Part shown: positions 18,142-27,358 of the stretch, in pieces
How positions within the stretch are numbered: the first letter of the stretch is position 1
Layout of the letters: the number at the start of each line of letters is the position of its first letter
Assembly (NCBI GenBank): GCA_020341815.1
Contig: CP070837.1
Location: 1,368,195-1,432,194, forward strand
Length of the DNA: 64,000 nt
Direction: 5' to 3'
Origin: Candidatus Omnitrophota bacterium
GTDB taxonomy: Bacteria > Omnitrophota > Gorgyraeia > JAFGHF01
Notes under the pieces: generated by a model
The model's database searches: none
What the model was told of the DNA's origin: nothing
What the model saw: only the letters and a program-made list of their open reading frames with translations
Program-made: the position numbers and the translations under genes

Positions 18142-18625
18142 AGGTGATATTACCGGGCTTTCGGTGGATGCTATTGTAAATGCCGCTAATGCGTATTTAC
18201 AGATGGGCGGCGGTGTGGCCGGGGCCATCTTGCGCAAAGGGGGCCGCTCCATACAGGATGAATGCGATAAAATCGGCTTTACCCCTGTGGGTGAGGCGGC
18301 TATAACCGGCGGGGGAAAATTAAAAGCAAAATATGTTATCCATGCCGTAGGGCCGAGGATGGGGGAGGGCGAAGAAGATAATAAACTTTTAAACGCTACG
18401 TTGAACAGCCTGAAGATAGCGCAAAAGAGGCGCTTGAAATCAATAGCATTCCCGGCTATATCTACGGGCATCTTTGGTTATCCCCTGGACAGATGCGCCC
18501 GGATTATGCTTAAAACTACCGATGAGTTCTTAAGTAAGAGCGACCTTCCTCAGGAAGTGATATTTTGCCTTTATGATGATAAAGCCTACCGGATGTTTGA
18601 GAAGACCCTTGAAGATTTCAGTTAA
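18119..18625 (+). CDS. Macro domain protein (ADP-ribose hydrolase)
   Basis: GDIT...DAIVNAAN...GGGVAGAI, VIHAVGP and FPAISTGIFGYP. Confidence 0.93.
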   Translation: MQRIKLVKGDITGLSVDAIVNAANAYLQMGGGVAGAILRKGGRSIQDECDKIGFTPVGEAAITGGGKLKAKYVIHAVGPRMGEGEEDNKLLNATLNSLKIAQKRRLKSIAFPAISTGIFGYPLDRCARIMLKTTDEFLSKSDLPQEVIFCLYDDKAYRMFEKTLEDFS

Positions 18626-18830
18626 AGTTAAACCTCAGGCAAAGCAGGATATGGTCCGGAAGATCGGCCCTGGCGATTATACGGTTTGGGTAAAGGCCAA
18701 GGCCTTAGAGGGCAAAGCCAATCAGGCGGTGGTAGAGGTATTAGCCGAATATTTCGGCGTGGCTAAATCCAAAATAGCCCTTCTTAAGGGCAAAAAGACA
18801 AGAAATAAAGTCTTTATGGTTGAGAGATGA
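18609..18830 (+). CDS. DUF167 (YggU-like) protein
   Basis: VKVKPQAKQ...EGKANQAVVEVLAEYF...GKKTRNK. Confidence 0.85.
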   Translation: MKISVKVKPQAKQDMVRKIGPGDYTVWVKAKALEGKANQAVVEVLAEYFGVAKSKIALLKGKKTRNKVFMVER

Positions 18831-19807
18831 AGACATTAATTCTGGATAGAAAGACTATAGAGAAGCTGGTGCGGATAAAGGAATGCATCAAGGCGGTGGA
18901 ATATGCCTTCAGGGAGTATGGCTTAGGGAAAGTCCAGATGCCGCCCAAGATTTATCTTCATCTGGATAAATACCAGGGGGATTTTCGGGCTATGCCGGCT
19001 TATATAGAGAGATTGGACAGGTGTGCGCTGAAATGGGTTAACGTTCATCCGCGCAATAAAATCTTTGGCCTGCCTGCTGTTATGGCCGTGATTATCTTAA
19101 GCAACCCCAAAAATGCGCTTCCTTTGTGTGTTATGGACGGCACATACGCCACCAATCTGCGCACAGGCGCTGCCGGGGCCGTGGCTGCCAGGTATCTGGC
19201 CAGGAAGGACTCAAAAATAATAGGATTAGTAGGCTGCGGCGCGCAGGCAAAGATGCAGCTTGAAGCCCTGCAGGGGCTTTTTGATATAAAAGAGGTCAGG
19301 GTCTGGGGGCATAAGGAAGTATTCGTTAAGGACTTTATCAGAGACACGCGCCATCTGAACCTTGAATTATTGCCAATGGAAAGCGTTAAGGATTGTGTCC
19401 GGGGGAGTGATATTATTATCACTACCACGCCTTCAAAGAAGCCTCTTGTAAAATTAAAATGGCTTAAAAAAGGCGCGCATATAAACGCCATTGGCGCAGA
19501 CGCCAAAGGAAAACAGGAGCTTGAGCCGTCTATTTTAAAAAAGGCAAAAGTTGTTGTGGATTCCTGGGAGCAGGCCTCGCACAGCGGAGAGATAAATGTG
19601 CCTCTTAAGAAAAGGTTGATATCCAGAAAGGATATCTATGCCGATATCGGAGAGATCATCAGCAAAAGGAAAAAGGGAAGAGAGGATAGGGGCGAAATCA
19701 CGGTTTTTGATTCTACCGGTTTAGCCATTCAGGATGTAGCCGTTGCCAACCTGATTTATGAGACTGCCTTAAAGAAGAAAAAGGGCAAGTGGATTAAGAT
19801 TATCTAG
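18827..19807 (+). CDS. Ornithine cyclodeaminase / mu-crystallin family protein (archaeal-type alanine dehydrogenase-like)
   Basis: KWVNVHP, RTGAAGAVA, GCGAQA and FDSTGLAIQD. Confidence 0.9.
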   Translation: MKTLILDRKTIEKLVRIKECIKAVEYAFREYGLGKVQMPPKIYLHLDKYQGDFRAMPAYIERLDRCALKWVNVHPRNKIFGLPAVMAVIILSNPKNALPLCVMDGTYATNLRTGAAGAVAARYLARKDSKIIGLVGCGAQAKMQLEALQGLFDIKEVRVWGHKEVFVKDFIRDTRHLNLELLPMESVKDCVRGSDIIITTTPSKKPLVKLKWLKKGAHINAIGADAKGKQELEPSILKKAKVVVDSWEQASHSGEINVPLKKRLISRKDIYADIGEIISKRKKGREDRGEITVFDSTGLAIQDVAVANLIYETALKKKKGKWIKII

Positions 19808-19838
19808 GAGTTATTTTTAAAAGTATTTCTTGTATCTC

Positions 19839-19866
19839 TTGACAATTGCGGTCAAATAATTATAAT
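19839..19866 (+). promoter_or_regulatory. Sigma70 promoter with an overlapping TTGAC-N7-GTCAA palindrome
   Basis: TTGACA-16-TATAAT; inverted repeat at 19839-19855. Confidence 0.6.
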
Positions 19867-19906
19867 GTTTTTAGTAATTAATCGATTAAAGAGAAAGGAG
19901 GGATAT

Positions 19907-20950
19907 GTGAAGTTCTTGACCGTTGTTTTAGTCTTTGCAGGGCTTTTGTGCGTTTCGGTTGATGCGAATGCGGCGATGTATGCGGATAATTTTGATGATG
20001 AGGTGATGGATGCGTCTTTATGGAGCCTTATCTCGGAAGGGGGAGATCTCACAAATTTATATGAAAGCTCCGGAGTCTTAAATCTTACCTCAACAGGCGC
20101 CTATGAAAACAGCTCGAAGGATTATATATCGAAATGGGCATATAATTTAAACAAGAATTTCCGTATCAGCGCGAAGTTTAACTATAATTATACAGGCGGG
20201 GGAGACAGCGCAGTTTCGATGGGGATAGTCGGCATTGACCCGGACGGCAGCATTGGCTTGCATGCAGGAATCAGGGCAACCAGGTGCGACTATCCAAACT
20301 ATAACGGCGACTATTTTAAAATCGCAATCGAGGATGCTTCCGGCCAGGATGTGGTGCCGGATCAGTGGTATCCCAGAGGCATTACTGCCGGATACTTCAG
20401 CATTGAGTATGACGCGAAGAGAGATAGTATTACTTTCGCTGTTTTCAACAATAAGAAATTTACCCGCAAGCACCAGGTAATCAGTTATACATACGATAAT
20501 TTCAGCTTGTTGAATCTGGGCGCCTTCCGCATTTATATAGGGGGGTATGCCGACGGCGGGGCCTTGCTTGTCGAAGGAGAGGCAAATTTAGATAATTTCA
20601 AGGCAAAGGGTGATACTAAATCTACAGACCTCACAGGAACCTGGACCGTAAAAATGAATAATGTTTCGATGGAAGGTTACACTACAGAAGAAGTTACGAT
20701 GTATATTACCGATCAGCAGGGGAATCTGTTCAGAGGCTATGTGACGCCGGAAGATTATCCCTATACGAATTTCTACGGAGCATTGGTCGGAAAGGACATA
20801 TATATAACTTTCTGGGACAGCACCGCTTCCGGAAAGATGGAAAAAGGAGGAGAAAAGTTCAGCTTTGTTAGTCAGAATCAAAAATATAATCCTCCCAATA
20901 GCCCGGCAACCGCTATAGGAATAGCTGTTAAGAACAAGGAAGGTTTTTAG
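19907..20950 (+). CDS. Secreted beta-rich hypothetical protein
   Basis: GTG after AAGGAGG; signal peptide ending ANA; DNFDD start and a C-terminal DLTGTW beta-barrel-like domain. Confidence 0.7.
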   Translation: MKFLTVVLVFAGLLCVSVDANAAMYADNFDDEVMDASLWSLISEGGDLTNLYESSGVLNLTSTGAYENSSKDYISKWAYNLNKNFRISAKFNYNYTGGGDSAVSMGIVGIDPDGSIGLHAGIRATRCDYPNYNGDYFKIAIEDASGQDVVPDQWYPRGITAGYFSIEYDAKRDSITFAVFNNKKFTRKHQVISYTYDNFSLLNLGAFRIYIGGYADGGALLVEGEANLDNFKAKGDTKSTDLTGTWTVKMNNVSMEGYTTEEVTMYITDQQGNLFRGYVTPEDYPYTNFYGALVGKDIYITFWDSTASGKMEKGGEKFSFVSQNQKYNPPNSPATAIGIAVKNKEGF

Positions 20951-20958
20951 GACAATAT

Positions 20959-21006
20959 CGGGGACGCAATGCTAATTTCGAAGAAGAAATAGCTGTTGCG
21001 TCTCCG
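20959..21006. repeat. Complete GGGGAC-type palindromic element
   Basis: CGGGGACGCAATGCTAATTTC...GAAATAGCTGTTGCGTCTCCG imperfect inverted repeat. Confidence 0.75.
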
Positions 21007-21035
21007 GATTTTTCCGAGTAAAAAAGAGAGGTAAG

Positions 21036-21602
21036 ATGAAATTACAAAGAGGCGAAAAGGTGATTCATGAGCTGCGGCCCGATTCGAAGATTTTGGTAAT
21101 CTGGTTTTTTACTAAGTGCCTGGGCGCTGCTTTTTTAGGGGCATTTCTAGTATTTTGGTGTTTTGGGTTTTTTGGCGGCATCGTTTTTGCAGTGACAAGA
21201 TCATCAGGGTCAGCCTGGCCGCTTGCGGTGGGTGGTATTATGGCGCTTATTGTTGCCCTGGTCTTTTTAATCATAGGGATTATTTATTGCCGCTTTCTAA
21301 GAAAGACTTATGTTTACTATATTACAAATCAGCGCTGCGTTTTTCATGGCGGAATAATCCGCAGGATTGAGCGCTCTGTGCCGTATCACAAAATTACGGA
21401 TGTCGAGGCAAGCCAGAACATTGTTGAAAGAGTGCTTGGCATTTCCAGTGTTAATATTTTCACTCCCGGCACGGCAAGCATGATGGCTCCGGCATTCGGA
21501 GGACAGCGCGCAGAGATCTCATTCGTAGGACTTAAGGACAATGAGACGCCGGCTGAAACAATAAATAAAATATTGCGAAAATACCGCTCGACAGGAGAGT
21601 AG
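21036..21602 (+). CDS. Membrane protein with bacterial PH domain (YdbS-like)
   Basis: Two transmembrane helices, then YYITNQR...GII...VPYHKITDV..SQNIVERVLGI. Confidence 0.85.
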   Translation: MKLQRGEKVIHELRPDSKILVIWFFTKCLGAAFLGAFLVFWCFGFFGGIVFAVTRSSGSAWPLAVGGIMALIVALVFLIIGIIYCRFLRKTYVYYITNQRCVFHGGIIRRIERSVPYHKITDVEASQNIVERVLGISSVNIFTPGTASMMAPAFGGQRAEISFVGLKDNETPAETINKILRKYRSTGE

Positions 21603-21614
21603 TGTCGGTAAAAT

Positions 21615-21644
21615 AATAAGGACGGCATACCCGCCGTCCTTATT
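21615..21644. terminator. Probable bidirectional intrinsic terminator
   Basis: AATAAGGACGGC-ataccc-GCCGTCCTTATT between convergent genes. Confidence 0.75.
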
Positions 21645-21672
21645 GTATAATCCTTTCCTCGGATCTTATTAT

Positions 21673-23163
21673 TTACTGATTTTCTCTTGCTTCCCTCTGT
21701 TCACGCAGAAGATCTATTCTGTCCTGCGCCTGCTGCTCCAGAAGATCTATTCTGTCCTGCGCCTGTTGATCCAGAAGGGCTTGCCTATCTTCTCCCTCTT
21801 GCGCCAGAAGGTCTATTCTATCTTCTCCCTCTTGCGCCAGAAGGTCTATTCTATCCTGCTCCTCTTGCTGCAGAAGCTCTACTCTGGCTTGAGCCTCTTG
21901 GTCCAGAAGATCTTGTCTATCCTGCGCATTCTGCTCCAGAAGTTCAACTCTGGCTTCAGCCTCTTGACGCATAATCTCTGTTTGGTCTATCCTGTCCTGC
22001 GTTTGCTTGTACATAAGGTCTATTCTATCCTGCGTCTGTTTGCTCAAGAGTTCTACTCTGGCCTGTGCCTCTTGGTTCAGGAGGTCTAGCCTATCCTGCG
22101 CCTCTTTACTCAGAAGATCTACTCTATCTTGCGCATACTGGTCCAGAAGAGCTACCCTGTCCTGCGCCTGCTGCTCCAGAAATTCAACTCTGGCTTCAGC
22201 CTGTTCACGCAGAAACTCTATCCTATCCTGCGCATACTGATCTAGAAGGTCTACTCTATCCTGCGCATATTGCGCCAGGAGATCTACTCTATCCTGACCC
22301 TCTTTCTTCAGGAGATCTACTCTATCCTGTGCCTGTTGCTCCAGAAGATCTATCCTGTCCTGCGCATACTGGTCCAGAAGAGCCAATCTGTCCTGGGCCT
22401 GTTGATCTAGAAGTGCTGCTCTTGCTATAGCATCCTGCTCTACCTTGTCACGCAGAAACTCTATCCTATCCTGCGTATTTTGCTCTATGAGATCTGCTCT
22501 GTCCTGGGCCTGCTGCTCCAGAAGTTCAACTCTTGCCGCGGCCTGTTCACTGAGAAGGTCAACTCTGTCCTGCGCATACTGATCCAGAAGGGCTACCCTG
22601 GCCTGCGCCTCTTGTTCCAGGACCTCTGCTCTGGTCTTCGCAGCTTTTCGCCTCTCTATCGCAGCTTTGCGAAGGCCCTTCTTTCTGTCACGGACATTTT
22701 CACGCAGAGCCTTTTCTCGGGTCTTCGCGCTCTTCTTCAAGACCTTCGTCCTGTCTTTGGCCTGTTTACTCAGGAGTTTTTCCCGGTCTTTGGCCTGTTT
22801 ACTCAGGACCTTTGCCCTTGTCTTCGCACCCTTTTTTCTGTCTATCGCAGCCTTGTGAAGGCCCTGCTTTCTGTCCTGGGCCTGTTTACTCAGGACCTTT
22901 GCCCTTGTCTTCGCATTCTTTTCCAGGAGCCTTTGCCTCTCCCGTGCCTGTTTACGCAGAACCTTTGTCCTGTCCTGTGCGTTTTTGCGCAGAAGCCTTT
23001 GCCTGTCCCGCGCCTGTTTACGCAGAAGCCTTGCCCGTGCCTGGGCCTCTTTGGTTTGACCTACCGCAGCTTCCTGAAGGGCCTGCGTAACTGTTGGCAT
23101 AGCAAGGTTTAGGAAGAGGACTACTAATACTAGCCTTAATACTACCTCAATATGCCGTTTCAT
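21673..23163 (-). CDS. Secreted 11-residue-repeat coiled-coil protein
   Basis: Signal peptide, GGGAGGAG RBS, and LLxQxAQDRxD-type repeats (33-nt period) over most of the length. Confidence 0.85.
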   Translation of the reverse strand: MKRHIEVVLRLVLVVLFLNLAMPTVTQALQEAAVGQTKEAQARARLLRKQARDRQRLLRKNAQDRTKVLRKQARERQRLLEKNAKTRAKVLSKQAQDRKQGLHKAAIDRKKGAKTRAKVLSKQAKDREKLLSKQAKDRTKVLKKSAKTREKALRENVRDRKKGLRKAAIERRKAAKTRAEVLEQEAQARVALLDQYAQDRVDLLSEQAAARVELLEQQAQDRADLIEQNTQDRIEFLRDKVEQDAIARAALLDQQAQDRLALLDQYAQDRIDLLEQQAQDRVDLLKKEGQDRVDLLAQYAQDRVDLLDQYAQDRIEFLREQAEARVEFLEQQAQDRVALLDQYAQDRVDLLSKEAQDRLDLLNQEAQARVELLSKQTQDRIDLMYKQTQDRIDQTEIMRQEAEARVELLEQNAQDRQDLLDQEAQARVELLQQEEQDRIDLLAQEGEDRIDLLAQEGEDRQALLDQQAQDRIDLLEQQAQDRIDLLREQREARENQ

Positions 23164-23595
23164 GGTGTTCTCATCTCCTCCCTTATGATGTATATTATGA
23201 TAAATATATTAATAATATTGTTATTTTTTAGGCTTAAAAGTGCTTGGTTTGACTAATTACTTGCTTGGCAGGGGGGATTTACACCTCCTATCCCATACCA
23301 TTAAAGTGTATCACATAAAAAGGGCTTTTTCAATAGGGGGGAGGTAGCTGATTTAGGGATAGAATGGGGTATATTTTGAAGAAATCTATTAGAATATGGC
23401 GATAAGGTATATGTTATGGGCAAGATTGTTCAAAAATCCTCAAAAACAGGGATTTTTTGGCTAAAATGGCGGGCTAAATTGGCCAAAAAGCCCATGCCTT
23501 GGGGGGTAGCCAGGGGGTGAAATACCGGCTTCAAGGAAAGATAACTATTGTGTCACCTAACTTTTACCCAGGATTTGCTTCCGGATACCCTTAAA

Positions 23596-23629
23596 ATAAT
23601 AAAGACGGCAGATTTGCCGTCCTTATTAT
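23596..23629 (-). terminator. Intrinsic terminator, paralogous to 21615-21644
   Basis: ATAATAAAGACGGCA-gatt-TGCCGTCCTTATTAT. Confidence 0.7.
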
Positions 23630-23648
23630 ATTATTATATTTTATTATA

Positions 23649-24152
23649 TTATTTTCCTAGCGCTTTTTGCCTTGCTTCCCTTTCTTCGTTCAGAAGGTTT
23701 TGCCTTGCTTCCCTCTCTTCGCTCAGGAGGTTTTGCCTTGCTTCCTTCTCTTCGCTCAGGAGGTCTTGCCTGGCCTCTTTGTTGCTCTTCAGGAGGTCCT
23801 GCGTGGCCTGTTTGTTGCTCTTCAGGAGGTCCTGCGTGGCCTGTTTGTTGCTCTTCAGGAGGTCCTGCCTGTTCTGGTTGTTGGTATTCTTGAGCTCTTG
23901 CCTGGCCTGTTCCTCTTCGATCCTCTTCTTTTGCCGGGCCTCCTCGCGTTGACGCAGAAGCTCCCGCCTGGCTTCGTTCCGTTGACGCAGAAGCTCCCGC
24001 CTGGCTTCGTTCCGTTGACGCAGAAGCTCTTGCCTGGCCTGTGCAGCTTCTTGGCTGTCTGCTTCGGCTTTCTGTGCAACTGTTGCCACAGCTAGATTGA
24101 ACAAAAGAGCTATTACCACTAATCTTAAAACCAGCTTAATTCTCCGTCTCAT
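23649..24152 (-). CDS. Secreted 11-residue-repeat protein, short paralog
   Basis: Signal peptide similar to the 496-aa neighbour; LLRQRNEARRE, LLKSNKQATQD and LLSEEKEARQN repeats. Confidence 0.85.
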   Translation of the reverse strand: MRRRIKLVLRLVVIALLFNLAVATVAQKAEADSQEAAQARQELLRQRNEARRELLRQRNEARRELLRQREEARQKKRIEEEQARQELKNTNNQNRQDLLKSNKQATQDLLKSNKQATQDLLKSNKEARQDLLSEEKEARQNLLSEEREARQNLLNEEREARQKALGK

Positions 24153-24405
24153 AATGCTCTCCTCCTTTCTTAAAAGTTGGTGTATTTAATGCTCACCTCC
24201 TTTCTTAAAAGTCAGGGCATTTATAGTAGATATAATATAACACATAATAAAGACTTTTACAATAAGTATTTTAAGTATTTTTTTAAGAAACAGGATAGAA
24301 AATCGCTCAAAAAAAGGCCTCAAAAATAGGGCTTTTTTTGGTAATTTCCATAGTTGCTTTTTGGCTCATTTTTTGGTATATTGATATTCCAGGTGGGGAG
24401 TAAAA

Positions 24406-25311
24406 ATGAAAATAAAGAAGATACCCCTTTTCATAACGCTGATTCTCCTTTTTGCCTTTGGAGGATATTTTGGCCAGTGGCAATTTCAAAAAGCCAGAAA
24501 AGAGCAAATTGCATATGAGGCATGGGAAGAATTACAGCAAAGTGTCAAAACCGAAATAAGCCGGTTTAACGGCAAAGCAGGAATAGTTATTAAGGATTTA
24601 GAGACGGGGCGGGAATTGGCATTTGAGAAAAGTGAGTTATTTCCTTCGGCAAGCCTGGCTAAAATCCCCCTTATGGCAGCATGTTTTCTGGCGGCCGAGC
24701 AAGGACGGATCAGGCTTGACGATAACATAGCTTTAAAGTCATCGGATAAGCTTACCGGCTCAGGCCTCTTGAAAGATATGCCTGAGGGTACTGTCTTTAG
24801 CGTTGAGAAGCTCATCGGCCTTATGATTTATGACAGCGATAATACGGCTGCGAATATACTAACCGACTTAACAGGCCTCGATTACTTAAATAGCACCTTT
24901 GGGGACTTTGGCTTGGAGAATACAGACCTCACTCGAAAGATTGCCGATTATCAATCCCGGGATAGAGGCATTGAAAATTACACAACGGCCCAGGATATGT
25001 CCTTATTGCTGGATAAGCTATATTTAAGAAAGCTTGGGAGTGAGGATATTTCCGATGAATGTATCTCCATGCTGAAGCTGACCCGTATGAATGACCGTAT
25101 CCCCAGGTATTTGCCGCCCGAAATAAGCATTGCGCATAAGACCGGGCTTGAAAACAGCGTTTGCCATGATGCGGGTATAGTCTTTACTCCCAAAGGCGAT
25201 TTTATCATTGTCGTATTGACTAAGCATGCTAATGCCACCAGCGCCCCTTCCAAGGAATTCATCGCAAAGGTATCTTTGCATACCTATAAATATTTCAACC
25301 AGCTGCAGTAG
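24406..25311 (+). CDS. Class A beta-lactamase-like serine hydrolase
   Basis: SLAK (SxxK), SDN and HKTG motifs; N-terminal membrane anchor. Confidence 0.88.
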   Translation: MKIKKIPLFITLILLFAFGGYFGQWQFQKARKEQIAYEAWEELQQSVKTEISRFNGKAGIVIKDLETGRELAFEKSELFPSASLAKIPLMAACFLAAEQGRIRLDDNIALKSSDKLTGSGLLKDMPEGTVFSVEKLIGLMIYDSDNTAANILTDLTGLDYLNSTFGDFGLENTDLTRKIADYQSRDRGIENYTTAQDMSLLLDKLYLRKLGSEDISDECISMLKLTRMNDRIPRYLPPEISIAHKTGLENSVCHDAGIVFTPKGDFIIVVLTKHANATSAPSKEFIAKVSLHTYKYFNQLQ

Positions 25312-25487
25312 AATTGCGAAACCCCTGATTTTCACAAAGAGTTCTTGATATTGGCTATATTTTGTGATAATCTTTGAAACTAAAGAAAGAATTTATAGAT
25401 TCCAGGGTAGTCCATTGTGTCCAACATTTCAGTTTTGAGGGCAAGATTTCTTCAAATAACCGATGATTACAGCAGAAAGGCTTAATC

Positions 25488-26288
25488 ATGAAAATCGTAG
25501 TCTATACTTTTGGGTGCTTACCCACTATTTATATGGTAAATAAATTAACGAAAGAATTAAAAATAGACGCGTTAATATTACAGAATTCCCTTACTTTTAG
25601 GGATAGGGTTGGATTTCTGAAACACAGGCTTAAAAAATATGGAATGCTCAGGTTATGCGATGAACTGATGTTCCAGTTTTATTATCGAATTTTCTTAAAA
25701 AAGTGGGATGCGGAGCTGGCAAAGAAATATTTTCCCCAAGAATATCTTGAAGGTGCGATAGACATAGATAAAAGCATTCCCGTTTTTAAAGTCGATACAA
25801 TAAATTGCGCAAGGGCAAAGTCTTTACTGCAAAAATTAGGTCCGGACATTGTTTTCATGCAGAGCAGGGAGATGATAGATGAGGATATTTTAAATGTTGC
25901 TAAGATGGGTTTTATAGGGTGCCATCCGGGCATTCTCCCCGATTATAGAGGGACCTACGCTCCTTTTTGGACGGCTTTAAACCTGGAACTAAATAAATTG
26001 GGTTTCACTATATACATTGCAGATAAAGGGATTGATACCGGAAAAATAATTTTTCAAAAAAATATAGAACTTGATGCAACAAAAGGTACCTTTAAACTGC
26101 ATTCAGAATATATTATGTATAGAAGTATCCCTTTTATAATCTCAACTCTTAAGAAGATTTCAGAAGAAGGAATTTCATTTTTGGAAAGACCAATTTCGAA
26201 AAGTAGACTTTTTTCTCATGTCGGCCTTTTAGATTATATTTGTGCTAAAAAGAAACTAAAAAAGCTTGTTATGCATGAAAAAAGATGA
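25488..26288 (+). CDS. Formyltransferase family protein
   Basis: HPGILPDYRG and DKGIDTGKII. Confidence 0.82.
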   Translation: MKIVVYTFGCLPTIYMVNKLTKELKIDALILQNSLTFRDRVGFLKHRLKKYGMLRLCDELMFQFYYRIFLKKWDAELAKKYFPQEYLEGAIDIDKSIPVFKVDTINCARAKSLLQKLGPDIVFMQSREMIDEDILNVAKMGFIGCHPGILPDYRGTYAPFWTALNLELNKLGFTIYIADKGIDTGKIIFQKNIELDATKGTFKLHSEYIMYRSIPFIISTLKKISEEGISFLERPISKSRLFSHVGLLDYICAKKKLKKLVMHEKR

Positions 26289-27114
26289 GATGACATCAGG
26301 AAATCATACATTTACTATACTGTTGTATCATGGCGTTGATGCGGGAGAGAAATTTTATGAACAGAGGAGCAATAAAGAACGCGAGTATATTATCACAAAA
26401 GCACAATTTAATAATCATTTAGAGCTGTTTAAGCGTTTAGGAATGCAGACGCCTCCGTTAGAACAATGTCTGAGGCAGATTCAAAATAATAAATTTGCTT
26501 CCCGGACTTTAATTTTGAGCTTTGATGATGGCGAGGAATCCGGCTATACAACAATTGCGCCTCTGTTGGAAAAATATGGGTTTAGAGGTAGCTACTTTAT
26601 AGTTGCAGGCTGGATAAATAAACCCGGATATATGACAGAAGATCAGATTCGCCAGCTACATAAAAGAGGTCATGGCATTTATTCCCATTCCATGACACAC
26701 CCATTTTTTACTAGAATTTCCGAAGCAGAGATCATGTCCGAATTAAGAGAATCAAAGGAATGCTTAGAAAAAATTTTGGGTCAAGAGGTTAAATGTTTTT
26801 CTTTACCGACAGGAGAATATGATGAGAGGTTTAAAGAATTGATTGCGCATTCGGGTTATTCATATATTTGTACTTCTCGGGAAGGATATAACAGAGTGAT
26901 GCAGAAGAGGCAATACCCATTTTTGTTGCATAGATTTGCTATTAGAAATTATACAAAGTTGCGGGATTTGAAATTCATAATCAATGCAAGAAAAATTACT
27001 AATTTGTTGTTGGCCCTCAAAGCAATAACGTTTTTTATTCTAAAAAACATTATAGGCAAAGACCGGTATGAGCGAATAAGGTCTGGCATTATCAATAATT
27101 TTTATAAAGACTAA
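26275..27114 (+). CDS. Polysaccharide deacetylase (NodB/CE4)
   Basis: LLYHGV, SFDDG and SHSMTHP. Confidence 0.88.
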   Translation: MKKDEMTSGNHTFTILLYHGVDAGEKFYEQRSNKEREYIITKAQFNNHLELFKRLGMQTPPLEQCLRQIQNNKFASRTLILSFDDGEESGYTTIAPLLEKYGFRGSYFIVAGWINKPGYMTEDQIRQLHKRGHGIYSHSMTHPFFTRISEAEIMSELRESKECLEKILGQEVKCFSLPTGEYDERFKELIAHSGYSYICTSREGYNRVMQKRQYPFLLHRFAIRNYTKLRDLKFIINARKITNLLLALKAITFFILKNIIGKDRYERIRSGIINNFYKD

Positions 27115-27358
27115 GAGGGAATTTCAGGGACAGAAAAAGGCACAAATAGATCTCTATGTAAATACTGCCATCTAACCTATTTTGTTTCGCTAATTTTTCC
27201 TATCAAAAAATCAAAGATCAAATTGCCAAACTCGAAAGATAGATAATAGATTTATTGTACTTATATAGATATTTAATGGCTATTAATTTTCCAGAGACGG
27301 TAGTTCAATATTATGAAAAGGCATGGGAGTTCTTAATGTGCCTTGGAGATTTCTATTA

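Noticed and set aside
7680-21010. Classical integron cassette array
   Set aside because: No tyrosine integrase is present and I could not see RYYYAAC...GTTRRRY attC boxes; the separators are a different palindrome type.
21673-24152. 33-nt periodic repeats as a CRISPR array, and the long overlapping + strand ORFs
   Set aside because: The repeats are contiguous, degenerate and coding, with no unique spacers or cas genes. The + strand ORFs are shadows of low-complexity repeats.
24406-25311. True class A beta-lactamase resistance gene
   Set aside because: The omega-loop region reads TRKIAD with no Glu166 equivalent, so it is more likely a PBP-like hydrolase.
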